Assembly: GCA_016205995.1 (NCBI GenBank)
Contig: JACQSJ010000024.1
Span: 1 to 39,586 of the forward strand
Source: Candidatus Uhrbacteria bacterium
GTDB lineage: Bacteria > Patescibacteriota > Patescibacteriia > UBA9934 > GWF2-40-263
Length of the DNA stretch: 39,586 bases
Reading direction: 5' to 3'
The position numbers were made by a program, and so were the translations under genes. Shown piece after piece: positions 35,966 to 39,586 of this stretch; positions within the stretch are counted from its first letter, which is position 1, and every line of letters begins with the position of its first letter. Below the pieces are notes generated by a model. The model was given only the letters and a program-made list of their open reading frames with translations. It made no database searches and was not told the DNA's origin.

Positions 35966-35993
35966 AGATTTCCTGGATCTTATCAGATACCCC

Positions 35994-36031
35994 CTCCGAC
36001 GCCCAGTCTCGCTGGGGTCGGAGCGTCGGGG
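35994..36031 (-). repeat. Intergenic CCGAC/GTCGG hairpin element
   Basis: Minus strand ccccgacgctccgaccccagcgagactgggcgtcggag; shares ccccgacgctccg with 4296-4308. Confidence 0.6.
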
Positions 36032-36050
36032 CTGGTCAAACGAAAGTTAC

Positions 36051-37757
36051 CTACATCTCATCTACCGTCTCGATCCCGAGCAAATCCAAACCGTGAGCCA
36101 AGACTTCCCCAACGGCCTTCACCAAAGCTAACCTCTCCGAGAGCTCAATGCCCTCCCGCGTGAGCACCGGCACGTTCGCATAAAACTCGGCGAACGTCTT
36201 GGCGAGGTCGAAGAGGTACTGACACAGCATCGCCGGTTCGAGCTTCTGCGCCGTGTCAAACACGACCTCGGGATAGTTCGCCAACGCGATGATGAGGTGA
36301 TGCTCGACGGGATGCGTGAGGGTCGCGGTCGTGTGTTTCGATTTTTTTCGACCCGCTTTCTTCAGGAGACTGCGAATGCGCGCGTACGTATAGAGAAGGT
36401 ATGGACCCGTGAACCCCTCAAACGAAACTGCATCCTTGAGGTTGAAAATAATCTTCTTGCCGGTGTCTTGTTTGAGCATGGAAAAGCGCATCGCCGCAAA
36501 CGCGACCGCGCGCGTCACTTTCTCGATTTTTTTCTTGGTCCAGTCCCCATGTCGCGACTCGGTTTCCCGCCGCGCCTCTTGCAGGAGCTCATCGCGCAGA
36601 TCCTCGTATCGGATCACGTTGCCTTTGCGCGCGGCCATGGCGCCGCCTTCAAGCGTCACGAACTCGTAGGAGAGATGCTGGAGCTCGCGCTCAAAACCCA
36701 TCCGCTTAAGCGTGGCGAACAACTGACGCAGAGCATGCGACTGCCGCTCATCCACCACATAGATGGATCGTGTGGGGTGATAATCTTCTTCCTTCTTCAT
36801 GGCGAGCCCAAGGTCCTTGGCGTTGTAGAGCATCGTGCCATCGGTCTTGATAAGCAGATTCACACCCAGGTCCTCGTCTTGGAGGTCGACAATCCACGCG
36901 CCCTCCGACTCCTTCACGATCCCCCTCTTGATAAGATCCTCGATGATCTTCCTGGTCTTCCCGATCACGTCGCTCTCAAAATACCAGTGGTCGATCGTGA
37001 GACCGAGCTCATCGTAGACCTCCTTGAGGAACTCAATGGACCAGTCGCGCGTCTCTTTCCACAAAGCTAACTCGTCTCCGCGCCCATCTTCTAAATGACG
37101 GAAGGCCTCCGTGACCTGGGCTGAGAGAGCTGGTTGTTCCTCGAGTTTCGCGTTTGCCTCCACGTAGACGTCACGGAGAAAGGCTATGCGATTCTCTGGC
37201 TTCACCTCCTCGTCCTGGTGGTAAGTCTTCATGCCCCACACGGACTTGGCTACGTGGAGCCCAAGGTCGTTGATGTAGGCAACGGGAACCACGTCATACC
37301 CTGTTGCCTTGAGGAGGTTCACGGCCGCTTGGCCGACGAACAGGTTGCGCAAGTGGCCGATGTGGACGTCCTTGTGTGAATTGAGGTTGGCAAACTCCAC
37401 CATGAGGCGCTTGTCCGCGCCCACGTCAGAGGTTCCATACTCGTCGCCCAGTTCCTTCATTTCCGCATAGGTCGCCTCCCCGAACGCCTTGGTGTTGAGA
37501 ACGACATTCACGTAGGGACCGACCGCCTTGGCCTCCGCGATAAATCCCTTGGGACCAATCTTGGCTGCCAGCTCGGTCGCGATCTCGGCGGGGTTCCGCT
37601 TCAGGCTCTTGGCCAAATGAAAACACGGGAACGCCAAGTCCCCCATTTTCTGATCAGGGGGCGTCTCAAGATCTTCAATCGAAGGCACAAACCCTGGGGG
37701 GGCGGCCTGCTTGATCGCCTGGAGGATTTCTGTTTTAGCTTTTTGAATCGTGTACAT
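36051..37757 (-). CDS. argS: Arginyl-tRNA synthetase
   Basis: GDLAFPCF, GPYVN, HIGHLRN, FEGFTGPYLLYTYARIRS, GLDLLGIETVDEM; start at MYTIQK (37757). Confidence 0.96.
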   Translation of the reverse strand: MYTIQKAKTEILQAIKQAAPPGFVPSIEDLETPPDQKMGDLAFPCFHLAKSLKRNPAEIATELAAKIGPKGFIAEAKAVGPYVNVVLNTKAFGEATYAEMKELGDEYGTSDVGADKRLMVEFANLNSHKDVHIGHLRNLFVGQAAVNLLKATGYDVVPVAYINDLGLHVAKSVWGMKTYHQDEEVKPENRIAFLRDVYVEANAKLEEQPALSAQVTEAFRHLEDGRGDELALWKETRDWSIEFLKEVYDELGLTIDHWYFESDVIGKTRKIIEDLIKRGIVKESEGAWIVDLQDEDLGVNLLIKTDGTMLYNAKDLGLAMKKEEDYHPTRSIYVVDERQSHALRQLFATLKRMGFERELQHLSYEFVTLEGGAMAARKGNVIRYEDLRDELLQEARRETESRHGDWTKKKIEKVTRAVAFAAMRFSMLKQDTGKKIIFNLKDAVSFEGFTGPYLLYTYARIRSLLKKAGRKKSKHTTATLTHPVEHHLIIALANYPEVVFDTAQKLEPAMLCQYLFDLAKTFAEFYANVPVLTREGIELSERLALVKAVGEVLAHGLDLLGIETVDEM

Positions 37758-39586
37758 ACAGGTCTGCTTTTTTTCGTGCCTCTTCAAGATTCTGTCGCAT
37801 GGTTGCGACGACGTGCTCGGGGGCCTTGGACGTGAACTCCGCGTTGGCGAGCTTTGCTTCAAGCGTCTTGATGTAGTCTTGTGTCTCTTGCTGTTCGTGT
37901 GCTCGGCTTGCCCGCTCGGCTTCTTTGTCCACGAGCCCTTCGAGGGAAACAAACACCTGCCCGTCGACCACGACCGCCGATGCATACTCCCCCACGGGCG
38001 GCCGCGCTTCAAACGTGAGCTCGCCCACACCCGCGAGCGCCGCGATCACCGATGTGTGCTCCTTGAGCTTCCCACCCACGATCACCGCACGGATCTTTTG
38101 CTTGGGTGCGACGGTGAATTGAGAACGGATATTGCGAATGGCAACAATCAGGTTCTGCACTTGAGAGAACTCACGTTCGGCCGAGACATCGAAGTGATCC
38201 CCTGTCGCCATCGGCCACTCGTGGACGATCAACATGGTCTCCGGATCGATCTGCTTCCAAAGTTCCTCTGTCACAAACGGCATGAATGGATGCCAGTAGG
38301 TAAGAAGTCGCTCGAGGATGTATAGGAGAATCTTGTCCGTTGTCTCTCCTTTTTGAATCTTTGCGATCTCCAGATACCAATCGGCAAACTCGCTCCATGT
38401 GAAGTCGCGTAACTTCTCTCCCGCCTGAGAAAACTCATAACTCTCAAGATGATCCGTGACCTCTTTCTGAAGTGTATAAAATCGGGAGAGGATCCATCGA
38501 TCTGCAAGTGATTGTGGCGAGAGCTCAGATTCAGCGACATGACGCACCCCATCCACCTGCATGAACACGAAGCGAGAAATATTCCAGAGCTTGTTGGTAA
38601 AGTTTCGATAGCCGGCAACTTTAGCCTCGGAAAGTTTCGAGTCGTTGCCAGGTGTGGAGCCAATCGTAAGTGAGAGCCGCGTAGCGTCCGCGCCGTAGGC
38701 ACTAATCATGTCGAGTGGATCAATAATATTATCCAGCGACTTACTCATCTTGCGCCCCTGCTCATCCCGCACGAGTCCATGGAGGTACACTTTCTTAAAC
38801 GGGACTTGCCCGAGGGTATATGTCGTCATGAGAATCATACGAGCCACCCAAAAGAACAGGATATCGTAACCTGTTTCCAAAACGGTTGTTGGATGGAACG
38901 TCTTGAGGTCGGCCGTTTGGTCGGGCCAGCCCAGCGTTGAGAACGTCCAAAGCCCAGAGGAAAACCACGTGTCGAGGGTGTCGGGATCTTGTTCCCATCC
39001 ATTGCCTTGCGGTGGCTCGACTGCTACATAGGTCGCCTGGGTCTCATCGGACCTATACCAAACCGGCACGCGATGGCCGAACCAAATTTGCCGACTGATA
39101 TTCCAGTCACGAAGGTTATCGATCCAATGGAAGTAGGTCTTATCGAACCGCTCAGGGATGATGCGTATTTGTCCCGATCGGACCACATGTGACATGAGCT
39201 CTTTAAGTGTTACGGACTGCCCGTCCACGATCCCCTCGATAGGCGCGTGTTCACTTGCTCGAAATGCGAACGGCTTGTTCACATCGATGAACCACTGAAG
39301 TTTTGGAAGCGGTTCAACGGTTGTGCCACAGCGATAACAGACGGAAAGATTGTGCACGTAATCCTCATCAATGTGGTCGACGAGTCCCTTCTTTGCGAGT
39401 TGAGAGACGATCTCTTCCCGTGCCTCGTGAGCATTCCTTCCCGCAAACGACCCGGCGGCCTGTGTCAGATTTCCATCCTCGCCAATAATCTTCACGATCT
39501 CAAATCCGTATTTCTTCGCGAGCTCAAAGTCGACAAAACTATGTGCGGGGGTGATCGTCATGGCACCGGACCCCATCTCCCTATCA
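37735..39586 (-). CDS. valS: Valyl-tRNA synthetase, C-terminal part (5' end outside the window)
   Basis: ITPAH, DWNISRQIWFGHRVP, DTLDTWFSSGLW, GYDILFFWVARM, KMSKS, FADWYLE, C-terminal coiled coil. Confidence 0.97.
   Translation of the reverse strand, partial: DREMGSGAMTITPAHSFVDFELAKKYGFEIVKIIGEDGNLTQAAGSFAGRNAHEAREEIVSQLAKKGLVDHIDEDYVHNLSVCYRCGTTVEPLPKLQWFIDVNKPFAFRASEHAPIEGIVDGQSVTLKELMSHVVRSGQIRIIPERFDKTYFHWIDNLRDWNISRQIWFGHRVPVWYRSDETQATYVAVEPPQGNGWEQDPDTLDTWFSSGLWTFSTLGWPDQTADLKTFHPTTVLETGYDILFFWVARMILMTTYTLGQVPFKKVYLHGLVRDEQGRKMSKSLDNIIDPLDMISAYGADATRLSLTIGSTPGNDSKLSEAKVAGYRNFTNKLWNISRFVFMQVDGVRHVAESELSPQSLADRWILSRFYTLQKEVTDHLESYEFSQAGEKLRDFTWSEFADWYLEIAKIQKGETTDKILLYILERLLTYWHPFMPFVTEELWKQIDPETMLIVHEWPMATGDHFDVSAEREFSQVQNLIVAIRNIRSQFTVAPKQKIRAVIVGGKLKEHTSVIAALAGVGELTFEARPPVGEYASAVVVDGQVFVSLEGLVDKEAERASRAHEQQETQDYIKTLEAKLANAEFTSKAPEHVVATMRQNLEEARKKADLYVHDSKS

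Noticed and set aside
37758..38030. N-terminal extension of ArgS in the ORF track
   Set aside because: Lies inside valS in another frame; ArgS-like sequence begins at 37757

Overview
A 39.6 kb bacterial chromosome segment using the standard genetic code. It most likely comes from a Patescibacteria/CPR genome (Parcubacteria/ABY1-like); this is inferred from gene content and family types, not from a database search. Most genes are on the minus strand. The housekeeping backbone is valS (partial), argS, bactofilin, a DAG-kinase family gene, tRNA-Leu, tRNA-Val, yraN, nusA, yidC, an O-antigen ligase, a CIRCE-controlled groES-groEL, prfB with a programmed +1 frameshift, an epimerase, tsaC, rsmA and serS. 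A giant 3372-aa Cys/Asp-rich exported protein gene lies at 8643-18761. Between it and serS is an accessory island (about 1.7-8.6 kb). The island holds a RAYT-type Y1 transposase with flanking REP-like palindromes, a high-GC myxobacterial-style Ser/Thr kinase gene pair, and several exported-protein genes. Its most unusual feature is a small PaaX-like protein with a Cas2-like domain, bracketed by inverted copies of a 36-bp palindrome. A third copy of the palindrome delimits a two-gene cassette, and the region also carries duplicated promoters and structured leaders. Short palindromic repeat elements are scattered through the window, some in frame inside genes, and one lies immediately upstream of tRNA-Val and duplicates its 5' end.
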